Assembly (NCBI RefSeq): GCF_009914755.1
Contig: NC_060936.1
DNA from: the human T2T-CHM13v2.0 reference genome, Homo sapiens
Reading direction: 5' to 3' (one strand)
Length of the DNA stretch: 64,000 nt
In this document: piece by piece, positions 37,544 to 50,389 of the stretch
How positions within the stretch are numbered: position 1 is the first letter of the stretch
Layout of the letters: each line of letters starts with the position of its first letter
Translations under genes and position numbers: made by a program
Notes under the pieces: model-generated
Seen by the model: only the letters and a program-made list of their open reading frames with translations
The model's database searches: none
What the model was told of the DNA's origin: nothing

Positions 37544-37811
37544 TTATTATTATTATTATTATTTATTTTATTTATTTATTTATTTTTGGAGATGGAGTTT
37601 CGCTCTTATTGCCCACGCTGGAGTGCAATGGCGTGATCTCGGCTCACTGCAGCCTCTGCCTCCTGGGTTCAAGCATTCTCCTGCCTCAGCCTCCCGAATA
37701 GGTGGGATTACAGACGCATGCCACCAGGCCCAGCTAATTTTGTATTTTTAGTAGAGACGGGGTTTCTCCATGTTGGTCAGGCTGGTCTCAAACTCCTGAC
37801 CTCCGGTGATC
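37544..37811 (-). mobile_element. 5'-truncated Alu (AluSp-like) with a (TTA)n/(TTTA)n tail
   Basis: GAGATGGAGTTTCGCTCTT...GGTTTCTCCATGTTGGTCAGGCTGG. TSD TGGCTGCATTATGGTTTCT (37525-37543) / TGGCTGCATCATGATTTCT (37812-37830). Confidence 0.96.
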
Positions 37812-38039
37812 TGGCTGCATCATGATTTCTATGAACTACCCTAGGTAAGTTCAATCTCTCCTCACCTCAAGGTTCTGCTCAGTATCACATTCCCTATGAA
37901 TCCCTCTTGGGGTCTTCCATGATAACCCCTACCTAATCTCATAAACATATATACACCAATATGAGGAAGTTAGAAAGACTTTATTCCTGCCGGGGGAGTG
38001 AGTATCATCATAAGGCTTTCAAGTCAGATATTTAAAAAG

Positions 38040-38270
38040 TATAGTGCCACAAAAATTTGCGCTTGTAGTCAGAGACCTCAGATTAAGTCCAAAGTCCACA
38101 ATGATTTGTGTGTAACATTGAGCCAGTGATTCAACTTTACTGAGACTCAGTGACTAAATCTATTAGTTATGAGAAATAACGAATTCCCATGAATGCTGTC
38201 AGAAATTACATGATGTATGAGAGAGTATTTTTAAACTATAACGTGATCTAAAGTATAAGTGATTTTCATC
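38040..38270 (+). mobile_element. MIR-family SINE
   Basis: GTAGTCAGAGACCT...TGTGTAACATTGAGCCAGTGATTCAACTTTACTGAGACTCAGT. Confidence 0.6.
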
Positions 38271-38665
38271 TTATGGCAATGATTCAACCACCAGGAAAGA
38301 TATTAAATTTGGCATCTCTCAAGATATTCTGTAGTAATAACCTGTTTCAACTATGCTAAGGATAGGACAGCCAACAAATTTGTGAGAAAAAGAGATAATT
38401 ATCTAAATCATGCCTCTATTCAATCACTGACCCATTCATTTGAGGGTAAAAGCAAATGTAAGGTTCAGGAGATAGGACAGTGACCAAGGTAGACATAACC
38501 CCTGTTCTCATGGAGCTTATATTCTGTCCATGGTTCAAAACAACTAGAAAATGTGGGAAAGCTGCAAGCACAAGCATGACCATTGAATTCCCAGGTGAAC
38601 ATCACTCTTCCTGAAATCAGTGTCACCTTTGTATTTTACTGAAACCAGAAAGAACAGAGATGGAG

Positions 38666-38949
38666 CTTAGCAAATTAACACAGGAACAGAAAACCAACTA
38701 CCACACATTCTCACTTATAAGTGGAAGCTAAATGATGAGAACACATGAACACACAAAAGGGAACAACACACACTGGGGCCTTTGGAGGGTGAAGGGTGGA
38801 AGGAGGGAGAGGATCAGGAAAAATAACTAATCGGTACTAGGTTTAATACCTGGGTGATGAAATAACCTGCACAACAAATCCCCATGACACAAGTTTACCT
38901 ATGTAAAAAACCTGCACTTGTATCCCTGAACTTATAAGTTTTTTTAAAA
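38666..38949 (+). mobile_element. 5'-truncated L1PA13-16-type 3' end
   Basis: CAGGAACAGAAAACCAA...GGATCAGGAAAAATAACTAAT.GGTACTAGG.TTAATACCTGGGTGATGAAATAA...CCATGACACAAGTTTACCTATGTAA. Confidence 0.9.
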
Positions 38950-39147
38950 GCCCATGCTATCTGATTTACCTCAATGAATCCGCCTGTGAGATCAGCATAT
39001 GATCTGCTCCATCATTCTCAAAGAGCAAAAGACAAAGTAGTCTAGATGAAACCCAGGATGTTCATAACGAAAAGCCTAATGGAATATTTCTACACTTGAA
39101 AAAGTAGGATATTTCCTTCTGTTAGAGCAACACATCAGCTCTTTGAG

Positions 39148-39385
39148 GATAACAGCTAACACTCAGGCTCTAAGTGCTCCTTTAAGCATTGACTTTTTAT
39201 CTCATTTAGCCATTACAACTCCAGGTAGTAGGTACTATCATTATCGTGTGGTTTTATAAATGAGGGGGAAATAAGGCATAAAGAGGTTAATAACTTGAGC
39301 TAGGTCACACAGTTATTTTCTGATGAACCCAAGATTCCAATGTATTACATAGTCCATATATACCCACCGTACTGCACTGCCTCTG
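39148..39385 (-). mobile_element. MIR SINE
   Basis: GTAGGTACTATCATTATC...GAGGTTAATAACTTG...AGGTCACACAG. Confidence 0.75.
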
Positions 39386-39569
39386 TATAGATTCCTCTCA
39401 ATGAGTGATTGATAACATACAAAGGGCTAGGAACCACTCACTGTTCCATATAACCCCAATCACCACAGAATTCATTCTAGGGCACTGGGTACATCGAGAA
39501 ACACCATTCACACTGGCTTGGTGTGAACTGCACCGCATAGGGGTATGCAGCACACAAACAGCATAATCC

Positions 39570-40018
39570 CACACTGTGACCTGCAGCCCCATCATAAACC
39601 ATACCTTCTTTTCCATGGCCTTTCTTATGTTGCTTTTCTACCATGGAGAACCCTCTTCTCTCATCTCAACATGCATAAAACCAGTCATCATCTAGCTCAT
39701 ATCACCCTTGAAGCTTTTCTAGGCTCTTCCAGCTACAGGTATCTACATATTTCTCCTCTGAACACCTATTTCATATTCACTTTATGGACATTTTGAACTA
39801 CTGCTTAGCATTTAGATACATAACATTTTGTATTTTACCAAATACGTTTATATACTCAGCCACATTTAAGTTTATCGAGGACAGAAAACAGCTTTTATTC
39901 CCTCTCTCAACTGCATACTCTCTCTCTATGCCCACACTCCACACCTCATATAGCACTAGAAGCTCAATAAGTCTGTTTGGATAGTTGGTGGACTAATTGA
40001 TTAATCTATTGAATAAAC
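39570..40018 (+). mobile_element. L2 3' fragment
   Basis: Pyrimidine-rich L2 body, TAAGTTTATCGAGGACAG, AGCTCAATAAGTCTGTTTG tail. Confidence 0.55.
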
Positions 40019-40389
40019 ATTCACCTAAACTTAAATAATCTCCAAGAGTTGCTATCTCAGATGTAGGTGCACACACAATGTGTGGGCCTGTAAGGTAATG
40101 GACTGAAGAAGGGAATAAAAAAAAAAGCTTTCACTGGGAAATTGCCCTAAATATAAAAATCACAAGAAATGGAAATGTATAAGAATTCAATCTGAAAACT
40201 TTTAAAGGGAGAACAGGCTAACTGGAAAAGTAAGAAAAAAAAAGTGGTCAGATCTTTTCAGGATCTGAAAATCAAATGCTTCTCCTCATCATTTCTGTCA
40301 TTTTTCTTCAGAAGATGTAATATATCCCCCACATTTGAAGTATATATTAAAATTCAAATGGTTAACACTTTATACTTCTTCATTCTACT

Positions 40390-40488
40390 TTCTCCCTCTC
40401 TCTCTCACACACACACATACATTCTGAACCCTCCCCCAACACACACACACACACACCTACCCCACATATTCTCAAATCTCCCCCACCA

Positions 40489-40540
<52 letters not shown>
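40390..40540. repeat. CA-rich low-complexity tract ending in a long (CA)n
   Basis: Directly visible. More than 20 CA units at about 40487-40540. Confidence 0.97.
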
Positions 40541-40542
<2 letters not shown>

Positions 40543-41638
40543 ACCTTTTGAGGGAGAACTAGTTCTAAACCATCAAAATCGCTCCTGAGATTGGTTCATG
40601 AACTTGGGCTCCCTCTGCTGGGTCTGCAGCAGTACAACAGACAAGTCTGTAGAGTTAGGAGGTTACAGAACTTATTCATCAAATATTCTCCTGTTTAAAC
40701 TCGAATTTAAGCTGACTAGCCTACAAGATGCAACAATTTGGAAACAGAAAAGATTTAGAAGTTGGATAAATTAGTAACAATAACTCAAGACAAGTGGTTT
40801 TTAAACCACTGCGAATCAGTATTTTTGCCCCTGCTTATTTCCATTTGTAGAAGAATGGTAGAATTCATCAGAGAATCGCAAAGATTGCAAAGATAATGAT
40901 ATAAAACTGTACAGAAAAAAAAGCTTCAAGAGATAAGCTCTGGATTACATATGTATTTGTCAGAAATAAATGCAGATGAGTATGACCAAAGGTCATATAA
41001 GGTCTCTAAGTAAGATTTCTGAGGAAGTTAAAAAAAAAAGGGAGTTAAGAAGTATTACTAAAAGAATACAAATCAAAGCTGTTGATAACATCACTGAAAT
41101 ATATTAGCCAACCCAAGAGTAGAGTATATTGAGCCTACAGTCACACACACCAAGAAATAAAAGAAAATGGAATCACAAAGTGCATTCCACATTTACTAAG
41201 GATAACAGAAATGTAACTTATACATCAAAAGGGAAATAGTAAATATTGATTGCTGTTAAAAGGAAATGTTATCTCTCATTGAATTGATTTGGTGTTTATT
41301 ATAAAAGGAGAATGGTTAAATTGGCCTAAAACAAACCATCAGACCAGAAAAAAAGAATGAAAATAGATCTAAGACCTTTAAAAATTAGGAAATTATATAT
41401 AACTGTCTGTAATATTATTTTCCTTAAGATAGGCTAGTATTCAACAATAAATACATCTTAAATCAATCCCAGCGTGATCTTGCAGAATCGTCAAATACAC
41501 AGGGAATTGGATATTCCACGGCTTAGAAATTCCAGTACAGATATTGGCAGAACCTCTAGTTACTGGTGTAGCCAGCCCATATCCTTTCTCTATTGTCAAA
41601 TAATGCACTGTTGTAAAGGGTCAATCAAGACTCCAGCC

Positions 41639-42111
41639 CATAACTCACTACATAATTTGAAATAGCCAGTGCAAAATGAAAATGCAGGGCCCCTTGTTCA
41701 AAAAAAGTACCAAGAATTTCAAAACAGTGAAAACGGAGCAGGAACCCAACCAAGTCAACTCTTCTAAGCACAGCTCTTTTAAGATGGGTGATAGTGAACT
41801 TTCATGTACATAGAAAGAGGTTGGGGAAAAAGCCAAAAAGGATTCTATGAGCACCTGAGTTGTAAAACAGACGTTCACTCCCTCTGCAGAATTGTATACC
41901 TTTTATTTTTTTAAAAAATTAATAATTACAGGAATATGATTGATAGGAATTCACCCTTCCCCTCTGGAGTCCTCACCCTTAGAAATATCCAGGGACTGAC
42001 TGATTGAAAACAGAGCAGGAACCAAACCAAGCAAACTGTTCTAAGCACAGCTCTTCTAAGTATGGGGCCCTGTGTGACTACACAGATCACATGCCCATGA
42101 AGCTGGCCCGG
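41639..42111 (-). mobile_element. MER45A-like hAT MITE split by a 61-bp duplication and an approximately 215-bp insert
   Basis: CTACATAATTTG...CCAGTGCAAAATGAAAATGCAGGGCCCCTTGTTCAAAAA at left. GGGGCCCTGTGTGACTACACAGATCACATGCCCATGAAGCTGGCCC at right. Confidence 0.85.
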
Positions 42112-42434
42112 CTCTGCCCTAGTTTAGTTGAAGGTTAGCAATAACATATCTTCATGCATCCCCAACCTCAGCATTCACAGACGAAGACACTCATCTTACC
42201 GTCGTGAAGAATTTCCTTTCAGAGAGACATCTTTACTAAAACGGTTCAGTTTAGTTTAGTTCCCAAATGCTAAACGGTTCAGTTTAGTTTCCCAAATGCT
42301 CACTGAACCTGTTAATAGGGCATATTTGTGTTCTGTCTATCCAAGTTTGGTATGAGAGACAGAGCACATGTTTAGAGAACCTAAGATAACTCCCGCAGAT
42401 ATTTTTTTTCTTTTGTTTCCTGTGAGGAGTCGCA

Positions 42435-42702
42435 CAACTTAAGTTGTTAAAACACAATCTTCAGCGTCGAACTGCCTGGGTTCAAATTCCATCTCCACCA
42501 CTGACCACCTGTATGACTTTGAACAAGTTACTTAAACTTTTTGTTTGAGTCTTTCTTTAAACTTTCTGAGTCTCTGTTACCACTAGCAGATAATAATAGT
42601 ACTACTCATAGGGTTGTTTATTGGGATATACTGAGGCATTATTTATAAAGAGTTTAACTCAGTGCTTGGCATATAATAAGTGAATCTGATATTATCATCA
42701 TA
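42435..42702 (+). mobile_element. MIR SINE, near full length
   Basis: ACTGCCTGGGTTCAAATTCCA...TGTATGACTTTGAACAAGTTACTTAA...CTCATAGGGTTGTT...CAGTGCTTGGCATATAATAAG. Confidence 0.85.
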
Positions 42703-42869
42703 TAATAAATTTTTTTCGCATATATTAGAATCCAGATCACGGAAAACCAGCTGGTTGTCTGTGGGCCACTTGGCATTTGAAAACCAGTTGTCTTAGTGTG
42801 GTTTAATGGATTATTCGCTATAAAATAATTTGAAATATAGCTCCCCATATTCTCCATATTTTAAAAGTC

Positions 42870-43530
42870 TTTATTAATTCATTGATTTTATAAACATACA
42901 TTGATTCTCTACTCGCTGACAAGCATTATGCTGAATAGTAGGGATGAAAAGATGAAAAAGATTACCTTTCTGCCCTAAATGAGCTCACCAACCAGACACT
43001 TAAGTGGATAATTTTAATACAATGTGCCAAGTGCATCAGCTGTTGGGAGACAATTCTCCATGGGTGGCTCCCATTTCTGCACTTTCCAAGCAAAGGCATT
43101 AACATATATTTCGTTCCAGATTAGCTGTTCAGGAATGTTTTTATGTCAAACTGCCTTGGAAGGTAGAAATAGTGTCTCTTTCCAGGGCAGAAGGCAGGTT
43201 TGTTTTCTCACTAGGATAATAAAGATATTTTTTCTTTCCAGGGTAAAGTTTGAGCAGGTTTGCTGGCATCCTTTTGAAAACATGGAGGTTTCCAAAGTTT
43301 GAGATTCTTCCGTTGTGCCACAAACCCCCTCTATGTGCATAGAAGGGGAAAGTTGATATTCCATGCTGAGAGAATCAAGGTATGAAACAGCATAGTATGA
43401 ATGCATAAGTATAAACGATGCAGTAATGCTGACAAATTAGAGATGAGATGAGAAGAGGGAAGAGATGACGCCGGAGAGCCACAGAAGGACAGAACCTTGG
43501 GGACTTTACAGGCCAGGTATAAACTTACTT
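42870..43530 (-). mobile_element. L2 fragment interrupted by LTR40
   Basis: ATTCATTG...CTGCCCTAAATGAGCTCACA...ATACAATGTGCCAAGTGC before the LTR. L2-like sequence resumes after about 43345. Confidence 0.55.
43041..43345 (+). mobile_element. LTR40-like ERVL LTR, 3'-truncated
   Basis: TGTTGGGAGACAATTCTCCATGGGT start, GCCTTGGAAGGTAGAAATAGTGTCTC, GGCAGGTTTG, ATAATAAAGATA. Confidence 0.8.
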
Positions 43531-44394
43531 CATAATAATCATTTAGCTAACAATTTTACAATTATAGCTCTTGAAAAGTTATGCCAGTTTTTGAACAAAT
43601 CTTTCTTTTTCAGTAGAGAAATCTTTTCCCCCAAGATCCACTAAATAAATACACATAAGACATGATATAGTAATATTACAGTTTCAGGGAGACATGGTCA
43701 CCCATGTACTTGACTAGCCAGAGAATATCTTATAGGACACATTTGAATTAAACATCACATTTGGATGAACCCAAACACTTCTTAAGTAAGTTGAAAAGAA
43801 AGTATCAGTCTATTATACATATATGTATGTGCTAGTTTCATCATGGGTTTATGTATTACTACATGTGGTCTCAAGTCAGGCCTTTATTTTGCCCTAAAGG
43901 TATGCTATCAGTTACAAAGTAAAGTTTGAGTGCAAGGTTATCAGAAACCCAAAAAGGCTGCTGAAGGATTGGTTTAGAAAACGGGTCAGAAGGAAGATTG
44001 CACCTTCCGAAGAATGATTCAATTGCACCCCACCCACCTCCATCATTCCCTACCCACTCCTAAGTCTTTCCTTTCTCCATTGGCAGGTATAATAAACCTT
44101 TATTTTTTGTAGAAATTGGACTTACTTATTTTTGCATTCTTGTTGTTGAGTTATATACACTCATTTTCAGTATTGAATTGCTATCTTTTTTCTGTGAAAA
44201 CTGGTTCATCTTAAGTTGTGACAAAATCCATTATAATTTTTCTTATTAAAATTAATAAAAGTTTTTACCTTTAGTTTTTCATTTAGCAAAAAGTTTTTCA
44301 GAAATGAATTAAAGTCATTAATGGGGGATGGACGTACTTTGAACTTCACGGTAGGCTTTGAGGAGACCATGAAGGTCTTAAACACAAGGGCTTG

Positions 44395-44640
44395 AGCAAG
44401 TTATGAGCCAGTGCTCCCAAGTCAAAATGCCTGGGGCTAAAATGTGTCTCTGCCACATTCTAGGTATGTTACCTAGAGCAAGTTTCTTCTTGTGCCTTGT
44501 CTTTCTTGTCTGGATTTCTTGTCTGTGAAATAAAGGTAATAATAGTTCTAATATCATACTGCTGTAAAAATGGAAAGATTTAGAAAAATACCAAGTACAT
44601 AGTAAGTACTCAATTAAATGTTGTCTGCTAATATTATTAT
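44395..44640 (+). mobile_element. MIR SINE
   Basis: CTCTGCCAC...GAGCAAGTT...TCTGTGAAATAAAGGTAATAATAG...ACATAGTAAGTACTCAATTAAATGTT. Confidence 0.75.
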
Positions 44641-46380
44641 TTTCTTCACATTTTTAGTGTCTGTAATTCACACTGACAGCACAGTGGGGAACACATTTGA
44701 GGGTATCAAGACCATCAAGAAAGAAATCCATGGGAGGCACAATCAAGGCAAGAAAAAAAATGGGTAGGGAATAAGAAGCAAGCATATGGTGGAAAATAAT
44801 GTGTTTTATTTTGGACATGTTGCGATTAAGGTGCCTGAGTAAAATTCTTTTACTTCTATCTCAGCAGTTTGTTCAGGTCAATTTTATCACTGCCTTCTAG
44901 GACAAAAAAGATTAAGTCCAATTAGGATTATGGTTTGAGATAGAAACAGAAATAATATAGGTTCAAGAATTTTCATTGTCTATTCAATGTTAATCTATTC
45001 AGGGAAATGGTCCTAGAAGCCACATGCTTGTTATTGTTAACTGTGACAAAATCAATGCACTGGTTTTGTACTCAGATAATTCATTTCCTTGGAAACTCAG
45101 AGGTTGTGAAACAAACATAAATTAAGCTTGTGTTTACCCTGCCTTTCCCAAAGCTAATTATTCAACATAGCTGAGACTTAAGAGTTTCTAACAGAAAGGG
45201 CTAAAAACAAATCCAGGTAAAGAACAAGAGGCCAGCACAGGTGTAAATTGCTTTCATGCTTATTTAGCCTTTTACCACGTATATCTCCCCACCACTCCTG
45301 TTCCGCTCACCATTCTCAGTACTGCCCTCTCCCCGCTCTCCCTTCCCTGTCCCTGACATCTCTTTCCATAGCTGTGCAGGATGGCAAGGACTATTCATAA
45401 TTCATGTTTATGCCCCTTGTTCCCAGAATAGCATGGCACATATTAGGTGTTTAATATGTGCTTAGTTAAAAAGGAATCATTGTTGCATAAAGCCACTTCC
45501 TGATGATAAGCTCCTTAATCACCTCATAATTGAAAACGTACTTCCGTGGATAAGATCAGGGTCACATAACAGGCAGTTTCTATTGTGTAAGTCTGTATAG
45601 TTGTAAATACCATACATTAAATCTGAATCCATGTGTGAAAGAGGTTACTGCAGACACATAAAATTAATTTCAGTCTCATGCTTTAAACTTTTATTATTTT
45701 TCAAATAAATCAGTAAACAACATCATAAAAAGTTCTATCTTATTTACTGCTCTAGCCTGAATGTGAAGAAGACAGTCCTCGGTAAATATTTAAGTCACTG
45801 ACCAATAAATAGATTCCTCTGGTTTTCTACCCAGAAGCAGGTATTTTTCTTTTTTATTTTCTTGGACTGTATACACAAACTTTATCTAAATGGCAGAAAA
45901 AATGTTTTTCTTCTTTTTTAGGTTCTCCTGGTAACCTAAAAATAAAAGCATAGTACACTGTAATAACAGCAGTGCTGAGAGAAGTACTCTTTCAATACCA
46001 TACCACCTATTATTTTTAAAGGAGATTAAAAACTCATTAAGAAAGATCCAGTTGTATTTCCATTCTGTTGTAATGTGAAAAGTGAATAATTTTGTCTATA
46101 AGAAGTAACAATTCTAACTCAAATAACTGTTATGACATAAGAATCAATTGAGCCTCTTCAGATAACTATACCACAGCATAACGTCTCTACCCATCTGGCA
46201 ATCAGGAATCTCCACAAACCAACATTTCTGCAGTTCACCGATACAGTGGTAATGAACGTTGACAAAGACACTGAAGCACTGTAAGATGCTAAATTGTTAT
46301 CTAAATCACCAAAAATGCTCACTGTCATCTTGTAATTTTACTAAATCCTAATTTAATTTTAAAAAATGTTAAGTGCAGGG

Positions 46381-46600
46381 TAGGGTCTCTCAAATTCAGA
46401 ACTACTGACATTTTGGACCAGATAATTATTTGCTTTGAGGACCATTAGTGCACAGTAGGATGCTTAGCAGCATTCCTGGACTTCACCCACGAAATGCTTC
46501 TAGCACCTCTTCCTTTCATCCCCATGACAGTCAAAAATGTCTCCAGGCATTACCAAATGTCCGCTATACGGCAAAATACTATCTGTGGTGAGAACCACTG
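46381..46600 (-). mobile_element. MER20 hAT-Charlie MITE
   Basis: CTACTGACATTTTGGACCAGATAATT...AGGATGCTTAGCAGCATTCCTGG...AAAAATGTCTCCAG.CATT.CCAAATGTCC...TGAGAACCACTG. Confidence 0.9.
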
Positions 46601-49039
46601 CTGTACAGTTTATAATGTGTGGCAACTCTTGAAGATCCAGAATTCTAAAACATACCATTTCTCAACCATTCTGGATAAATAATAAGTTTTCATGTTATGT
46701 TTTAGTAGCACTCCATTACCCAGCATATCAGATTAACCCATAAATCCCATTTCCCAGTTATAACAATGATAAACATAAATCCAAAGTACTTGCTCTATTC
46801 AGGAACTTAACTTTCTTACCTTTTAGCAGCTATTTTTAACAGTAAATTATAAGACAAGGGAGAGTTCCTCTGGTAAATTGCTTTCATCTTCCCAAGTGAC
46901 TGGAGGCCTGAGGGACTGTACAACCATAGTTGCAGCCTAACACATAATGTCCCCCTTAGCATTTTCCTTTACTCTCCGTAAACAAAGTAATTCACATCTT
47001 TTCGGCTGCTATCAGGAAGACTTTAGACTTTCTCTTGCTGTTGCAGAAACTCATATGAAGGAACAAATTTTGCAGAGAAGGAAAAACTTTATATTTTTGT
47101 TCAAAATTAAAGTAATGAAATTGAAATACACAATTCAAGGGGGTAAGGAATTAGTGGATATATTATATTAATATAAATTAATATTGCAAATAAAGAAAGA
47201 CCAGTTATGACATTTTTGCTGGCTAACCCGCTCCCCAGGGTGTATGGGGGTAGGGAAATGAATGAAAATTAGAGTTCCTTATTATTTCAACTTTGTGACT
47301 ATTCACATGTGTTCCTCTTTTCGTTTCACTGGACATTTCCTGAGTACCTACTATGTGGCAGGCACTGTGCTAGGGACATTCACAGCGGTTGACAGTATTT
47401 CCACACATAGATCTATATTACATGCTCCACATAATGGTCTTCTCTAAGTGATACTTGAAATTCACTGACCCATATTTGATCTGTTTTAAGTGTTCTGATT
47501 TTCAAACACAATATGTTTCTTTGAGAGGGACATGCCTATTTTTGGACAAGGGTCAAGAAAGGGAGAAGAGAGGAGAGAAAATGGCATGTTGAATAACATT
47601 TTATTAAACTGTGAAAATCTCTTTCTGAACAAGAAAGCGAAAATCATGTCAGTGGCTAGCAAACTGAAAACTTGACAAGTGATAAGCATCAACAAATTGC
47701 TTAACAAAATGTTAGCTACTGATTACAATGTTGATGCAGAACGGAAAAAGCCAGCTGACATAAAATAACATGTTAAAACTGAAAACCGCACTAATGAAAA
47801 GGGACAATGCTCTATAGCTCATTGGCTTTTGTTGGGGGTGGGGAATGGCACATATGAAGCAATGCAAAAACATACATGGCAGTTCACTGGAGTAGCTAGA
47901 AATTGAGGGCACAAAAGCAAAATGTCAGAGCCCATCCTCTGCTAAGTAATTATAAAATAAATAGATCACCTACAACCCCTTAAACTGTAGGGACTCTGGG
48001 TGGCATCCACACACAGAGAAAGAAAAAAGAAGTAACATTTGCAATTTCTCTACGCACTTAACCTTACCCAACAGCAAATAGTTAGCTCCTCCCTATTAAG
48101 GGCTGGATGCCGGGGCGGCGGGTTGCTATGTATAATCAATTATTTTGTTAAAACATTTAAAAAGTCCTGGAATTACAGGGCTTCAGGCATGTTACCTGAG
48201 TAGTGTTCCACTAATTATCTTTGAAAAATGTTTTCAATTGTGCTCCTGCAACACTCCAGATTGGCTTCCCAGGCCATTTCCAAGACCACTTTTGAAGAGT
48301 GGCCCTGTGTGTACTGCACCAAATACATTATAACAAAGCAATAGAAACACGATTTAAAAAAAATTAATTCAAGGAAACAGACAAAGTGTTCACTTGAGTG
48401 TAAATTTTGTAGCAGTAGAGAAAATCTGTTTCCACTATCTAAAATGACCATTTTTTAATGTTCTTTTTTAATCTCTACTTTAAAGGAGTCAGATATGTTT
48501 GTATAACTTCAGTCTGAGTTAGTATATCACTGTTCAACCTATTAAATAAGCCAAACCACTATTCCCCATTTTTTATTTGCTGTATTCCATTTCTATCCTT
48601 TCATTGTTTCTATGATGACTGTTTCACTAGAAATTTAGTATTTCTGTCATTCCTATTCACAGCTTCATGGCCAGGTCAGCTTTTGTATTTGAAAACCCTT
48701 GATGTTCAAAGCATGCATTTAGTACAAAGCACAAAAATAGGAAATGGTATGTTAAAACAATGAACAAGTGAGAGCTGCCTACACAAAACTGAATCAAGTC
48801 AAAAAAAAAAAAAGAATTTAAAATCTACATTGATAAGATAAAATTTTCAACATGAAATAAAATTTGTATCACATTTCTCCCCAAATTAACTTCCTTTTTA
48901 AAATAAACAATTCGAGCTCACATTCACAAAAAGTTACCTTAATCTGGATTTTTCCCTCAGAAAGCACTTAACATGAAAATATTAAACTCTAATCACTTCT
49001 ATATTAAGAAAGGCCCACAGTTAGCAGAAAAAAAAAATG

Positions 49040-50365
49040 AGTTTCCAGGAGACACTGAGGGTATCTCCCCAGTATCTATTTCCTCTCTCCTGTGGCTTAC
49101 AGTAACCAGGCAATACAGGTATTGACCCTATCCCCAGCTCCAAGAGTGGTCTCTGATGTGTCTAAACCAGTTTTTTCAACCCCACTAAATGCAATAGTCC
49201 AATTATATAATAAATATTTTATAATGGCCTCTCTCTATACTAAATTTTTTTAATAAATACAATTATCTCCACACATTTTTTAAAATCAATACATTGCTCA
49301 AAATAAAACAACGTAGAAATAAACAAAAGTAATTTGTTTTAAAATGTATTTTAATATGTAAATCACAATATTGTAGTCAGATGCATACACCTTTATATGG
49401 AATTACCATGAAGTGAGACACCTAAAAAACAGGTGATAAGGCATGTTGCACAGATAATTCAGATGCCAGATCACCCTCCCATCTGTGATATGATTTTTCA
49501 AATGAGCAAACAAATCTCAGAAAAGTTCTGAACAAAGTATAATATTATTACAATACATCCATAGCTACATTTCTGGAAAATTCAGTGTATGTTAAAATAC
49601 TGCCCCCAAAAATATATTTTGCAGAAGTCTAGATTCAGATTATATAAAATTATATACAATTTTTCACCAATATTGTGTTGTCAGTACAACATTTTCAATA
49701 CAATATTGTCCAGAAGCACATTCCAAGGGAATGCAGAATGTGGAATAATTATTTGTGGTACAGGCCCATCCTGTACATTGCAAGACCTCCATAGCATCCT
49801 TGACCCTCATCCACTATATGTCAATTTTGACACACATGCACCCCCAGCATTGTCACAACCCAATATTTCCCACAAAATTCCATGTGCATCTTCCATAATT
49901 TTCCATGCACACACATTCCCAAATGTTGGTATAACTCCCTGTTGACACACTCCCAAAGACTGGTATAACTTTCCACATTGGATATTCTAAATAACTGGGA
50001 ATATCCTTGTCACCATGGTTGTTTCAGTAATAAATATGGAACCCAGGACTAAGCATGTCAGTGTGAGTATTTTCCTGGCTCCATGAAGGTCAACTCAGTG
50101 AGCACAAAGCTCAGGACTTATAATGAAAATTCTGGAACCCTCTTTCCTTTTGGATAATGTAGATACAAAGTCCAAAACTGGGCAAAACTAAATCAAAGAA
50201 GAGGAAAGAACTAAAAGAAGGGTAGAAAAAAAAATAGAGAGGGAGATTTCCTCAATCATCCCAGAAACCTTATCTCCATTATGTGAGCAAACAGTTCCGT
50301 TAAATACGTAAGCCATATTGAGCTTTGTTTTTCCATTGCTTACAAATGAAAGTTCTCTTATCTTC
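49040..50365 (+). mobile_element. Old MaLR LTR (MLT1K/L-like) split by MER20B
   Basis: TGACCCTATCCCCAGCTCCAAGAGTGG...TCTAAACCA at left. TTATGTGAGCAAA...TAAGCCATATTGAGCT..GTTTTTCCATTGCTTACAAATGAAAG at right. Confidence 0.55.
49168..49950. mobile_element. MER20B-like hAT DNA transposon
   Basis: CAGTTTTTTCAACC start, AT-rich body, end ATAATT.TTTGTGGT.CAGG...CATTGCAAGAC...TAGCATCCTTGACCC...CATTGTCACAACC. Confidence 0.65.
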
Positions 50366-50389
50366 CCCTTGCCCTCCAAGGATACATGA

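Noticed and set aside
42435-42702. tRNA or 7SL RNA genes suggested by B-box-like GGTTCAAAT in MIRs and by Alu/FRAM sequence
   Set aside because: These are decayed SINE heads derived from tRNA or 7SL, not intact RNA genes.
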